From assembly GCA_027340875.1 (NCBI GenBank), contig DAIENX010000007.1, forward strand, positions 64,001 through 128,000: a stretch of DNA of 64,000 nucleotides, written 5' to 3'. The stretch comes from Elusimicrobiota bacterium (GTDB lineage: Bacteria; Elusimicrobiota; Elusimicrobia; Elusimicrobiales; UBA9959). The translations under genes were made by a program, and so were the position numbers. A model generated the notes under the pieces. That model searched no databases. It worked only from the letters and a program-made list of their open reading frames with translations, and was not told the origin of the DNA. Below, piece by piece: positions 9,536-19,138 of the stretch. Each line of letters begins with the position of its first letter. Within the stretch, counting starts at the first letter, position 1.

Positions 9536-11109
9536 TTTTTCTCACCGCCTTTGTAGGCCCTGCGGCTGATGATGCGGCCCGCGCCGTGCAGCAGCACGCC
9601 CAGCAGGGTTACTATCAGCATCAGCTTCCCCAGTATATCTAGCGCTTTAGAGCGGTCCCTGCCCGGCAGGTAGAAGCCGTTCAGTCCCGCCAGACGGCCG
9701 CCGTCACGCTCGTGGCATTCCGAGCATTTCAGCGTCTCTTCCTTGGGCGCAACCATGTGGTTCAGGGGCCAGTTCATGTCGGTACGGATGAAGGTTATCT
9801 TGCCGCTGAACGGCAGCCCGACCTTCTTCATGCCGAGCCGCGCGGCCGACTGCCAGTCGAAGTCCTTCCAGAAGCCGCCCTCGCCTTTCCTGTCGGCGTA
9901 CAGCTTCGGCTGTATCAGCGTCTTATTTACCGGGTCGAAGGGCTGGTTGGCCCGGTGCACCTTCACCGGTATTATCTTCGCGTTGTCGTCGGAATAGGAG
10001 CCGTAGAGCGGGTTCAGCACCAACGGCTTCGAGGTATCCTCCACCTTGTCGCCGCTCAGGTAATGCGAGGCGGTGCCGTTGGACCAGGCGTATTCCGGCT
10101 TCAGGTGGTCGCCCCACTTGAACGAGCCCTTTATCGACAGGTAGGTATGGTTGCCCCGCTCGTCCTCCTCGGAATAGGGCTTGCCGTCCCTGAGCTTTCC
10201 AGCCGTGGACCAGTCCCAGAACACCTTGGTGGAGTTGGCCTTGGCGTAGAGCGGGATGTGGCAGCTCTGGCAGGCCACTTTGGCGGTATGCTCGTTGATC
10301 ACCCTGTCCTTGTGCGGCGAGGCGGTGTGGCACCGCTCGCAGGTGACCCGGTTACGGTCCATGGACGAAAGCGAGTACATCTTTCCGGAGATCTCGTGGT
10401 TCTCCGTGAGGTGGCAGTCGACGCACTGCATGTTGGCGCCGTTCTGCGCCATGTGCACGTCCAGTTCTCTGGAGGGCTCGAACTGCGCCTTCTCCAGGTC
10501 CCCGTGCTTGACGTTGTTGCCGCCGCCGCCGAAGAAGTGGCAGATGCCGCAGTTGGCGCGCCTGGGCAGGCCGACGCTGCGGGCCGCAGCGCCGAGGTCC
10601 ACTTTCGGGTCCGGCGCGCCGCCCATGTCGGAGCCTTTCGCGTAGGTCTCGGAATTGTCGTGGCAGACCAGGCAGTCCACGTCATCGGGGTCCTTAGGTA
10701 CGGAGCCGTCCGCGTTTCGCCCGTAGCCCGGGTGGCACTTGGCGCAGCTCTTCTCGTTGCCGGGGGTGCTGATGCAGAAGTTGTTTATCGCGTTCTTTTT
10801 GCCGAAATAGACCACGCCGCGCCCCGGGATGTACTCGCCCCTGTCCCAGGTCCAGTGGCTGGTATGCATCACCTCGTCCTGCGCCTTGTTGTGGCAGGAC
10901 AGGCAGGCCGCGGTGACCTGCTTCAGGTCCCCGAATTTCTTGTCCAGGGCCTGGAACTTGGAATGGTCCACCGAGGCCTTGTGCTTCTTGGGATATTCGG
11001 CCTTCAGTACGGACAGGGTGCCGGGATCGGTCTCACGCAGGGCCAGCGCCCCGGAAGGGACGCCGCCTATAAGGCCTGCCAGCGCTATTAATATAAGGAC
11101 TTTCTTCAT
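9532..11109 (-). CDS. Octaheme c-type cytochrome, tetrathionate reductase (Otr) family
   Basis: Eight CxxCH motifs (CLSCH, CAKCH, CLVCH, CGICH, CVDCH, CERCH, CQSCH, CSECH), HFFGGGG, signal peptide, C-terminal TM anchor. Confidence 0.9.
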   Translation of the reverse strand: MKKVLILIALAGLIGGVPSGALALRETDPGTLSVLKAEYPKKHKASVDHSKFQALDKKFGDLKQVTAACLSCHNKAQDEVMHTSHWTWDRGEYIPGRGVVYFGKKNAINNFCISTPGNEKSCAKCHPGYGRNADGSVPKDPDDVDCLVCHDNSETYAKGSDMGGAPDPKVDLGAAARSVGLPRRANCGICHFFGGGGNNVKHGDLEKAQFEPSRELDVHMAQNGANMQCVDCHLTENHEISGKMYSLSSMDRNRVTCERCHTASPHKDRVINEHTAKVACQSCHIPLYAKANSTKVFWDWSTAGKLRDGKPYSEEDERGNHTYLSIKGSFKWGDHLKPEYAWSNGTASHYLSGDKVEDTSKPLVLNPLYGSYSDDNAKIIPVKVHRANQPFDPVNKTLIQPKLYADRKGEGGFWKDFDWQSAARLGMKKVGLPFSGKITFIRTDMNWPLNHMVAPKEETLKCSECHERDGGRLAGLNGFYLPGRDRSKALDILGKLMLIVTLLGVLLHGAGRIISRRAYKGGEKK

Positions 11110-11116
11110 ATTCGGT

Positions 11117-11434
11117 TCAAGGCCTGCCAGCGGCCGGCGTGCGGCCCGGGCAGTACAGCCTCCTCATCATGGCCACCATCTCGGACATCCTCCCGTCGCT
11201 GATGCCGTAGAAGACCTTGTTGCCGTCCTTGCGGCGCGAAAGCACGCCGTTGTCGGTCAGGATGCGCAGGTGCTGCGAGACGTTGCCCCTGGTGGTACCG
11301 AGGGGGCCGGAGATGTCCCCGGCGCATTTCTCCCCGGAGGAGAGCATGCAGACTATCAGCAGACGCAACGGGTGGGCGATGTGCCGGAGGGTCTTCGCGA
11401 GCCTCCCGGCTTCGGCGTGGCGCGGTGGTTTCAT
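11117..11434 (-). CDS. ArsR/SmtB repressor, BigR/SqrR-type
   Basis: HPLRLLIVCML, VSQHL HTH, C-terminal LYCP (Cys pair typical of persulfide sensors). Confidence 0.85.
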   Translation of the reverse strand: MKPPRHAEAGRLAKTLRHIAHPLRLLIVCMLSSGEKCAGDISGPLGTTRGNVSQHLRILTDNGVLSRRKDGNKVFYGISDGRMSEMVAMMRRLYCPGRTPAAGRP

Positions 11435-11438
11435 GTAA

Positions 11439-11462
11439 GTATTTTAGCAAATACTAAAATAC
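11439..11462. promoter_or_regulatory. Palindromic operator upstream of ArsR copy 1
   Basis: GTATTTTAG-caaata-CTAAAATAC perfect inverted repeat 4 nt from the start codon. Confidence 0.75.
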
Positions 11463-11516
11463 ATTGGAACCCGCATCGGTCAATCCGCGCATTGTTTTTA
11501 GTCAAGAATTCCACAA

Positions 11517-11546
11517 AACAGAGGGGGCGGCCAAAGCCGTCCCCTC
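11517..11546 (-). terminator. Intrinsic terminator after the FadL-like gene
   Basis: GAGGGGGCGGC-caaa-GCCGTCCCCTC hairpin with a short U tract on the minus strand. Confidence 0.55.
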
Positions 11547-11567
11547 CCCTCACCCTATCCGTTTACC

Positions 11568-12785
11568 TTAGAACCTGAAGGTCAGCCCCAGGTCCAGCGC
11601 GTTCTCGGACAGCTCGGACTTGAGGGTGATCGTGCCGGAACTGTCGGTCTCGCTGATAGTCTTCGCCAGGGCCCTGGTGTAGCCCAGGTTCAGCGCGAAC
11701 TTAGGAGAGAACTCGTAGCCGCAGCCCAGGCTGACGTGGTTCTCCACGATGCCGGGGAAGCCTATTATCCTGAAATACTCGTAGCCGAAAGTGCTCATGC
11801 TCTTGCCCTGCACGCTGGTCATGCCGCTCATCGCGTTGAAGGCCTGGTGCTTCTTTACCGGGTTCTTCCCGTAGTTCCAGCCGGCGCGCAGCGTCAGCTT
11901 ATCGGTGGTCTTGTTCTGGACTCCGAGCCCGAACACGGTCTGGGACCCCCAGTCGAAGTCCTTGTAGCCCTCGGCGTTGCCCCAGTCTATGTACTTCACG
12001 TCGGCCGAGAACAGCCACTTATCGAGGCCCTTGTAGGCCGCGCCGGCCCCGTACTGGGCCGGGTTCTCGAGCTTGAGCGAGTCGAAGCCGTTAAAGGCGC
12101 CGCCGGCCCCGGTCCCGTCGAAATCGTAGATGCGCTTATGCTCCACGCTCTGCGGGCTCACGTACGTCAGGCCGAAGTTCCAGGCGCCGGCCTCATAGCC
12201 CGCGCCGAGGCGCGCGCCCACGGCGTAGTTATGGGAAAGCCCAGACCCGAAGTCGGCGGCCTGATAATCTATGTCCATGCCGAGCCCGTACGAGAAAGCC
12301 CCGCTCTTCCAGGACACGGCCGGAACGAATTTCATCACGGAGACCTTGGTATTGGTCTTCATCGGGTCCTTGTTCCGGTAGTCCACGCCCATGCCGGAAA
12401 CTCCGTAGGCGGCTATACCGAAATTCACCTTGTCCGTCATCGGAGTGGAGAGGCCTATCGCCGGCACGGCGTAGACGGCGTCCTGGCTGGTCGCTTTCCA
12501 GTTGCCCGGCATGCCGCCGCCGGACGGAGCGACCACCGTCGCCTTAACGGCCGGGCTGAAATCGGTGCCGGCGAAGTTGAACTGCGAGCCCTCTATCTGG
12601 GAGAGAGCGGCCGGGTTGGAGAAGATGGCGCTGATGGAGTCCTGCGGGGCGGCTATCCCGGTTCCGCCCATGGCCCGGGACGTGGGGCCCACGCCTATCA
12701 GGTTGTCCCCGTTCGTCGCGTAGCAGACGGCGGAGAGCCCTATCAGGGCCGTTGCCGCCGCGAGATGTCTTACTGTCCGTTTCAT
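11568..12785 (-). CDS. OmpP1/FadL/TodX family outer-membrane channel
   Basis: Signal peptide, ATNG..LIG.G..SRAMGG, NPAAL, GMGVDY, C-terminal Phe. Confidence 0.85.
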   Translation of the reverse strand: MKRTVRHLAAATALIGLSAVCYATNGDNLIGVGPTSRAMGGTGIAAPQDSISAIFSNPAALSQIEGSQFNFAGTDFSPAVKATVVAPSGGGMPGNWKATSQDAVYAVPAIGLSTPMTDKVNFGIAAYGVSGMGVDYRNKDPMKTNTKVSVMKFVPAVSWKSGAFSYGLGMDIDYQAADFGSGLSHNYAVGARLGAGYEAGAWNFGLTYVSPQSVEHKRIYDFDGTGAGGAFNGFDSLKLENPAQYGAGAAYKGLDKWLFSADVKYIDWGNAEGYKDFDWGSQTVFGLGVQNKTTDKLTLRAGWNYGKNPVKKHQAFNAMSGMTSVQGKSMSTFGYEYFRIIGFPGIVENHVSLGCGYEFSPKFALNLGYTRALAKTISETDSSGTITLKSELSENALDLGLTFRF

Positions 12786-12830
12786 TATTGCTGCCTCCTT
12801 ATATAACCTGCGTATCGAACTGTTGGCGGA

Positions 12831-13133
12831 CTAGTGCCCGCCGCCCGGGCAATACAGGTTCCTCATCGCGTCCAGCAGCTTCACCAGCTTCCCGTCCGCT
12901 ATGCGGTAGATGACCCTGTTCGCCTCCCTCCTGTAAGCTATGACCCCGTTGTCCGACAGCACGCGCAGGTGCTGCGAGATGTTCCCCTTGGTGGTGCCCA
13001 GCCTGGCGACGATATCGCCGGCGCACTTCTCGCCCTCGGAGAGCATGCAGATCATCAGCAGCCTCAGCGGGTGGGAGATGTGCTTCAGGGTCCTTGCGAG
13101 CTTCTCTGCCTGGTTCATGCGCGGTGTCTTCAT
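12831..13133 (-). CDS. ArsR/SmtB repressor, BigR/SqrR-type (paralog of 11117..11434)
   Basis: HPLRLLMICML, ISQHL, LYCP; clearly similar to copy 1. Confidence 0.85.
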   Translation of the reverse strand: MKTPRMNQAEKLARTLKHISHPLRLLMICMLSEGEKCAGDIVARLGTTKGNISQHLRVLSDNGVIAYRREANRVIYRIADGKLVKLLDAMRNLYCPGGGH

Positions 13134-13142
13134 GTATAGAAA

Positions 13143-13158
13143 TTTAGTAAATTCTAAA
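13143..13158. promoter_or_regulatory. Palindromic operator upstream of ArsR copy 2
   Basis: TTTAG-taaatt-CTAAA, same core and near-identical position as the copy-1 operator. Confidence 0.7.
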
Positions 13159-13250
13159 CCATCCGCGTACCCCTCCCGGTCAGCCGGCGGATTGTTTTAT
13201 GTTAGCGCCGGGCATGACGAAAGGACCGGAACGCGCGGCTGCGGGCCCAT

Positions 13251-13280
13251 AAAAAAGGCCCCGGGCGGAAGCCCGGGGCC
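13251..13280 (-). terminator. Intrinsic terminator after the thiolase
   Basis: GGCCCCGGGC-ggaa-GCCCGGGGCC preceded by A6 (U tract on the minus strand). Confidence 0.8.
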
Positions 13281-13303
13281 CTTCGCCGCGCTTAGGGTGC
13301 TAC

Positions 13304-14485
<1,182 letters not shown>

Positions 14486-14515
14486 TTTCCCTCCCGAGTA
14501 TGTGTATAACAGATC

Positions 14516-15850
14516 TTACAGGTAGCCCAGCTGCGCCGCCCGGCGCCTGAGCTCCGCCCTGAAATCAGGGTGGGCCACGTTCATCAGCGCGTTAGCCCTC
14601 TCCCGAACGGTTCGGCCGCGCAGCCGCGCTATGCCGAACTCGGTCACTATATTGTCGGTGTTCGCCCTGTGCAGCGTGACCGCCGTCCCCTCGGACAGCG
14701 CAGGTACGATAGCGGAGACCGTCCCGTTCTTGGCCGTCGAGCGGCAGGCGATGATGGACTTGCCGAGGCCGTCGTAGGCCTCCTTGGCTCCCACGGCGGT
14801 GTCGGTCTGCCCGCCGGTGCCGGAATACTGGACGTGGCCTAGGGTTTCGCTGGCCACCTGGCCGGTCAGGTCCACGGTCAGGCAGGTGTTGATGGAGACC
14901 ATCCTGGAGTTCCGGCGTATCACCGCGGGGTCGTTCACCCAGGAACCCCTGCGGAACTCCACCGCCGGGTTGTCGTGCAGCCAGTCATAGAGCTTCCGCG
15001 AGCCCATCGCGAAGGTGCAGACGAACTTGTCCTTCAGCAGGGCTTTGCGCTTATTGGTGATGACGCCGGCCTCGTAGAGCTCCATCATCGAGTCCACCAT
15101 CATCTCGGTGTGCACGCCCAGTTCCTTCTTGTCCTTCAGCGCCAGCGCGCAGGCGTTCGGTATGCCGCCGATGCCGAGCTGCAGCGTGGAGCCGTCGTCC
15201 ACCAGCTCGGAGATGTAATTCCCGATGGCCTTCTCCGTCGCGTCCGGGGCGGGGGACGGCAGGGTCGGCACTTCCTGGTCGTGCTCGACGAACCAGTCCA
15301 CGTCGCTGACGTGGAGGTGCGTGTCGCCGAAGGTGCGCGGCAGGTTGCGGTTTATCTCGAGGATGACGGTATCGGCCGCCTCGATGACGTCCTTCTCGTA
15401 GGTTATGCCGAGCGACAGCGAGACGAAGCCCTTGGCGTCCGGCGGCGTGCAGGTGCCGAAGAAGATGTCGGGCTTGCGGGCCTGGATGCGGTCCGTCGCC
15501 GCGCGGTGCAGCATATTGGGCACGTAGGTGACGGTACCGGCGCCCGCGGCCAGCGCTTTCCTGGAGCCGGGGGCGTGGAACCAGCTGGCCAGTTCGAAAT
15601 GCCCCCTCATCTCCGGCTTCATGTAGAAATCGTAGGGCCTGAGCGTCAGCACGGAGAACACGCGCACATCCTCCACGTTCGGCGCGACCGTATGGAAGGC
15701 CGCCATGCAGCCCTGCGGCTCCGAGGCGCACTGCGCCACCACCACGTCGTCCCCGCTCTTTATCTTCGAAGCAGCCTCTTCCGCGGTTATAAGCTTTCCG
15801 GCGTACACGCTTTTGCGCGCGGCGGCCGGCCTATCCAGAGTCGCTGTCAT
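14516..15850 (-). CDS. Acetyl-CoA hydrolase/transferase family (4-hydroxybutyrate/butyryl-CoA CoA-transferase-like)
   Basis: LQLGIGGIP, LGVHTEM, YSGTGGQTD, VAHPDFR. Confidence 0.88.
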   Translation of the reverse strand: MTATLDRPAAARKSVYAGKLITAEEAASKIKSGDDVVVAQCASEPQGCMAAFHTVAPNVEDVRVFSVLTLRPYDFYMKPEMRGHFELASWFHAPGSRKALAAGAGTVTYVPNMLHRAATDRIQARKPDIFFGTCTPPDAKGFVSLSLGITYEKDVIEAADTVILEINRNLPRTFGDTHLHVSDVDWFVEHDQEVPTLPSPAPDATEKAIGNYISELVDDGSTLQLGIGGIPNACALALKDKKELGVHTEMMVDSMMELYEAGVITNKRKALLKDKFVCTFAMGSRKLYDWLHDNPAVEFRRGSWVNDPAVIRRNSRMVSINTCLTVDLTGQVASETLGHVQYSGTGGQTDTAVGAKEAYDGLGKSIIACRSTAKNGTVSAIVPALSEGTAVTLHRANTDNIVTEFGIARLRGRTVRERANALMNVAHPDFRAELRRRAAQLGYL

Positions 15851-16461
15851 GCCAGTATCCCCCTCTTGAACACCCTCGCGAACATCTTCACGGCCTGCGC
15901 GTCGGCCAGCCCGTAGTGGCCCTTCACCTTGAAGAGCTTCTCCATGATGAAATAGTTGAAATAGTTCCAGGTCACCATCATCAGCGCGCCTACCGGGTCT
16001 ATATCCCGGGCCACGCGGGCCTTGCCGGCCGGGCCGGCCTTCAGCGCGGCGGCGTAGCCCTGCCGCATGCGCGCGAACATCCTGTTGACGTGCTTCGCCT
16101 CGAACTCCACCACGTCCACGTATATAAGGAGAATATAGGCGGAGAACCTCTCCACGACCTCGCGCGACGCGAAACCCAGGCCCTCTATATTGTCCGGGAA
16201 TGAGGTGGAAGAAAGGGCCTTTATCAGCGGCTGGTCCGGGCGGAAATACTCGCCTTCGTACTTCTCCAGCAGCGAGACGAAGATCTCCTCCTTGGTGCCG
16301 AAATAGTTGTAGATATTCCCCAGGGAAACGCCGGCTTCGGCCGCGATATCCCTGGTGGAGGTGCCGTTGAATCCTTTGCGCGTGAACAGGTCCGACGCCG
16401 CGGACAGGATCCTGTCCAGGTTAGCCGTGCCGCCCTTCTCCGTTTTCGCCTTTTTCCCCAT
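15847..16461 (-). CDS. TetR/AcrR family regulator
   Basis: KGFNGTSTRDIAAEAGVSLGNIYNYFGTKEEIF HTH. Confidence 0.92.
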   Translation of the reverse strand: MGKKAKTEKGGTANLDRILSAASDLFTRKGFNGTSTRDIAAEAGVSLGNIYNYFGTKEEIFVSLLEKYEGEYFRPDQPLIKALSSTSFPDNIEGLGFASREVVERFSAYILLIYVDVVEFEAKHVNRMFARMRQGYAAALKAGPAGKARVARDIDPVGALMMVTWNYFNYFIMEKLFKVKGHYGLADAQAVKMFARVFKRGILA

Positions 16462-16463
16462 AC

Positions 16464-16517
16464 ATGAACGAGCGTTCGTTCATATATATTCTAGCACAGC
16501 CGCGCCTTCACGGTCAA
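16464..16517 (-). promoter_or_regulatory. sigma70-type promoter plus TetR operator palindrome
   Basis: Minus strand TTGACC-N18-TAGAAT (with extended TG), then ATGAACGA-N4-TCGTTCAT (16464-16483) just before the TetR ATG. Confidence 0.7.
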
Positions 16518-16554
16518 CCGCCGGGGCCCCGGCCTGCCGGGGCCCCGCGAACGT

Positions 16555-17055
16555 TCAGTTCCTCCCCTCCCTCTCCAGCGTCGGCTGGCCCGGCGCGCGG
16601 CCCGAGACCGCCTTTTTCAGCACGTAATATTTAGGCTTCTTGTGCCTGATGGTGTAATCCCCGCTTTTCCACTCGAAGAACATGTACTGCTCCCCGCCCA
16701 TCTCCACTATGGAATAGCGGGCCGCCGTATGGTCCCCGCCGAGGTGCATCACCACTCCCCTGGTCCAGCCGAACCACGGCACCGCCGTCTTCCCGTTCGG
16801 CAGGAAGGAAAGGCCCTCCAGGTACAGGTCCCCGCGGAATCTCCTTTTCCCCGGCATGAACTCCGCGGGTTCCCCGACGAAGTCCACGCTCACCCACTTC
16901 CCCAGCACCGCCGGGTCGTTCACGAAGGTCAGGTTGGAAAAGTCGTCCACGTACCTGCCGTTCATCTCCGTAGTGTTTATCTTTACCTCGCCGCCGCGGG
17001 CAGGCCCGCAGAACGCCGCCAGCATCACTATCGCCGCCAATATTCCGGTTTTCAT
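16555..17055 (-). CDS. Exported protein with one copy of an unnamed ~107-aa domain
   Basis: Signal peptide; F.NDP.V.GKW.SVDFV...YMFFEWKSGDY...YYVLKK, homologous to the repeats of the upstream gene; GGAGG SD. Confidence 0.8.
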   Translation of the reverse strand: MKTGILAAIVMLAAFCGPARGGEVKINTTEMNGRYVDDFSNLTFVNDPAVLGKWVSVDFVGEPAEFMPGKRRFRGDLYLEGLSFLPNGKTAVPWFGWTRGVVMHLGGDHTAARYSIVEMGGEQYMFFEWKSGDYTIRHKKPKYYVLKKAVSGRAPGQPTLEREGRN

Positions 17056-17077
17056 AGCTCCTCCTTTTCCCTTCGGA

Positions 17078-17110
17078 CGTTATTACGCGGGCGGCCCCGT
17101 TTTCTTACAA
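17078..17110 (-). promoter_or_regulatory. Putative ECF sigma promoter (copy 2)
   Basis: TGTAAG-N16-CGTAATAACG; 29/33 nt identical to 19106..19138. Confidence 0.75.
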
Positions 17111-17112
17111 AG

Positions 17113-17139
17113 AAAAAGCCCCGGGGAGACCGGGGCTTT
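17113..17139 (-). terminator. Intrinsic terminator after the three-repeat lipoprotein
   Basis: AAAGCCCCGG-ggaga-CCGGGGCTTT with a U tract on the minus strand. Confidence 0.75.
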
Positions 17140-17160
17140 CGCTTCTGGCGGCTGAAGGCC

Positions 17161-18270
17161 TTATTTCTTCTTAAGGACGTAATAGAACGGCTTCGCCCCG
17201 CGGAATACGTAGTCGCCGCTCTTCCATTCGAAGAACATATATTTAGCTCCCTTTACATCTTTTATCGTGTAGTGACTGGCGGTGCGGTCGCCATGGTGCA
17301 TCACAACGCCCCTGGTCCAGGTCCACCACGGATTCCCTCCCTTGCCCCCAGGCAGGAACTTCAGGCCCTTCAGGTACAGTTCCCCGTTCCAGGCCCTGTT
17401 GTCCGGGTTGAAGTAGTCAGGCGTCTCCACGAAATCCACGCTCGTCCACTCTCCGACCACGTTCGGGTCGTCGCGGAAAGGGAGGTCCGTCCTGTCCATA
17501 CGCAGCGGGCCTTCGCGCTTGAGCACGTAGTACCAGGGCTTGCGGTGCCTTATGGTGTAGTCGCCGCTCTTCCATTCGAAGAACATGTATTCGACCCCTC
17601 CGATCTTCCTTATCTCGTACCCGCTGGCGGTACTATCGCCGTGATGCAGCACGGCGCCCCTGGTCCAGGTCAGCCAGCCGTTGGTGCTTTTGCCTCCGGG
17701 AAGGAAGACCAGCTCCCTGAGGAACAGGTCCCCCTTCCAGCTTCTGCCCCCCGGCGAGAACTTCTCCGGGGTCTCGACGAAGTCCACCGAGCTCCAGGCG
17801 CCCGGCACCGCGGGATCGTCGACGAAGGGCCGGTCGATATCGTCCTTTATGACGTCGCTGCCGTCTCCGGCGTAGGCGCCGCGTTCGAGCACGTAGTACC
17901 ACGGCGTCTTATGGAAGTACCTGTAGTCGCCGGTCTTCCATTCGAAGAACAGATACTCCTTCCCCCCCAGGCGGCGGATCTCGTACGTCGAGTCGAAACC
18001 CTCCCCTTTGTTGAGCACATGACCCTTGGTCCAGGTCCACCAGCCCTCGAACATGCCGCCGCCGTCATTGAAGGTCATGCCCTTAAGGAAAAGGTCCCCG
18101 CCCCAGCTCCTGGTTCCAGGAACGAACTTGTCCGGGCTCTCCACGAAATCCACGGAGCGCCACTTCCCCTTTACCGCCGGGTCGTCCGCGAAAGGCCGCG
18201 AGGTGTCGTCCCGGCCACAGCCGGCCAGCAGCGTCAGAGCGGCCATGAAAAATATCGCGTTCATCTTCAT
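17161..18270 (-). CDS. Lipoprotein with three tandem copies of an unnamed ~107-aa domain
   Basis: GGAGG SD before ATG 18270, lipobox LLAG-C, three PF.DDP.V.G.W.SVDFVE...FFEWK.GDY...YYVL repeats. Confidence 0.85.
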   Translation of the reverse strand: MKMNAIFFMAALTLLAGCGRDDTSRPFADDPAVKGKWRSVDFVESPDKFVPGTRSWGGDLFLKGMTFNDGGGMFEGWWTWTKGHVLNKGEGFDSTYEIRRLGGKEYLFFEWKTGDYRYFHKTPWYYVLERGAYAGDGSDVIKDDIDRPFVDDPAVPGAWSSVDFVETPEKFSPGGRSWKGDLFLRELVFLPGGKSTNGWLTWTRGAVLHHGDSTASGYEIRKIGGVEYMFFEWKSGDYTIRHRKPWYYVLKREGPLRMDRTDLPFRDDPNVVGEWTSVDFVETPDYFNPDNRAWNGELYLKGLKFLPGGKGGNPWWTWTRGVVMHHGDRTASHYTIKDVKGAKYMFFEWKSGDYVFRGAKPFYYVLKKK

Positions 18271-18280
18271 AATTCCTCCG

Positions 18281-18595
18281 TCAGAACCTCTCGGCGGCCT
18301 GATAGTCCCCGAGGCCGCGTCTTCCGCACTGCGCGTAGCCGTCATCCGGCAGGCCGTAAGAATAGTCCGGCGCGGCGGCTTGCCGCGCGCTGCGCGGGGC
18401 GAAGAACAGCAGCAACGCGGCCGCGGCGAAGACCGGCAGCAGCCACGCCAGGACAGGCGTCCGCCTTTCGGACCGGCCGCGGGCCAGCAGCCTGGCCCGC
18501 AGCTCCTCCTTCAGGCCGCTGTCGGCGCTCAGGTCGGCCGCCCGCAGCTTCCGCTCAAGTCCGGCGAATTCGCCGCTATCGAGTTCCTCTTTCAT
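18281..18595 (-). CDS. Small single-TM protein, probable anti-sigma factor
   Basis: ATGA overlap with the ECF sigma stop, GGAG SD, short helical N-terminus, one TM, short extracytoplasmic tail. Confidence 0.65.
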   Translation of the reverse strand: MKEELDSGEFAGLERKLRAADLSADSGLKEELRARLLARGRSERRTPVLAWLLPVFAAAALLLFFAPRSARQAAAPDYSYGLPDDGYAQCGRRGLGDYQAAERF

Positions 18596-19086
18596 ATCTC
18601 CTCCGGCCCCAGCCGCGCCCGCAGCTTGCCCAGGGCCCTGAAAAGCGTCACGCCCACGTTGCTCTCGCTCAGGCCGGTCCGCTCGGCCATCTCGCGCCCG
18701 CTCATGTCCAGCGCGTAGCGCATGGCTATCAGCTCCCGCTCCGCTTCGGAAAGGACGGCCAGAGCGGCCAGCAGCCTGGCGTTCTTCTCGCCCGCCTCCG
18801 CGGCGCGCTCCACGGATTCGCCGGAGGGAATGACCTCCTCGAAGCCGCTGGTCGACAGAGCTCCGCGCACCTTGCCGCGGCGGTAATGGTCGTTGAGCGT
18901 GTTGCGCGCTATCGCGAACAGCCACGGCTCCACGGGTCTCGCCTGGTCGAAGTCGTCGAACCCGTCCAGCACCTTCTCGAACACGGCCGAGACTATATCG
19001 TCGGCCGCGTCGCGCGCCAGCACGCGGTAGCGGACATAGTTGTATATCCGCCGGAAGTACCTGTCGTAGAGTTCCTCGAAGACCAT
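18592..19086 (-). CDS. ECF RNA polymerase sigma factor
   Basis: Region 2 (FEELY, ADDIV, WLFAIARN...DHYR) and region 4 (LSEAERE...EMAERTGLSESNV); 164 aa. Confidence 0.92.
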   Translation of the reverse strand: MVFEELYDRYFRRIYNYVRYRVLARDAADDIVSAVFEKVLDGFDDFDQARPVEPWLFAIARNTLNDHYRRGKVRGALSTSGFEEVIPSGESVERAAEAGEKNARLLAALAVLSEAERELIAMRYALDMSGREMAERTGLSESNVGVTLFRALGKLRARLGPEEI

Positions 19087-19105
19087 GCCAAGCGCCGCCT
19101 CCGCA

Positions 19106-19138
19106 CGTTATTACGCGGCGCCCCCCGTTTTCTTACAA
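19106..19138 (-). promoter_or_regulatory. Putative autoregulatory ECF promoter (copy 1)
   Basis: TGTAAG-N16-CGTAATAACG about 20 nt upstream of the sigma ATG; its -35 overlaps the dedA stop codon. Confidence 0.75.

Noticed and set aside
16555..18270. CRISPR array or DGR template/variable repeat from the recurring ccattcgaagaaca-type DNA repeats
   Set aside because: The repeats are in-frame protein domain duplications about 350 nt apart; no cas or RT gene, no non-coding template copy.
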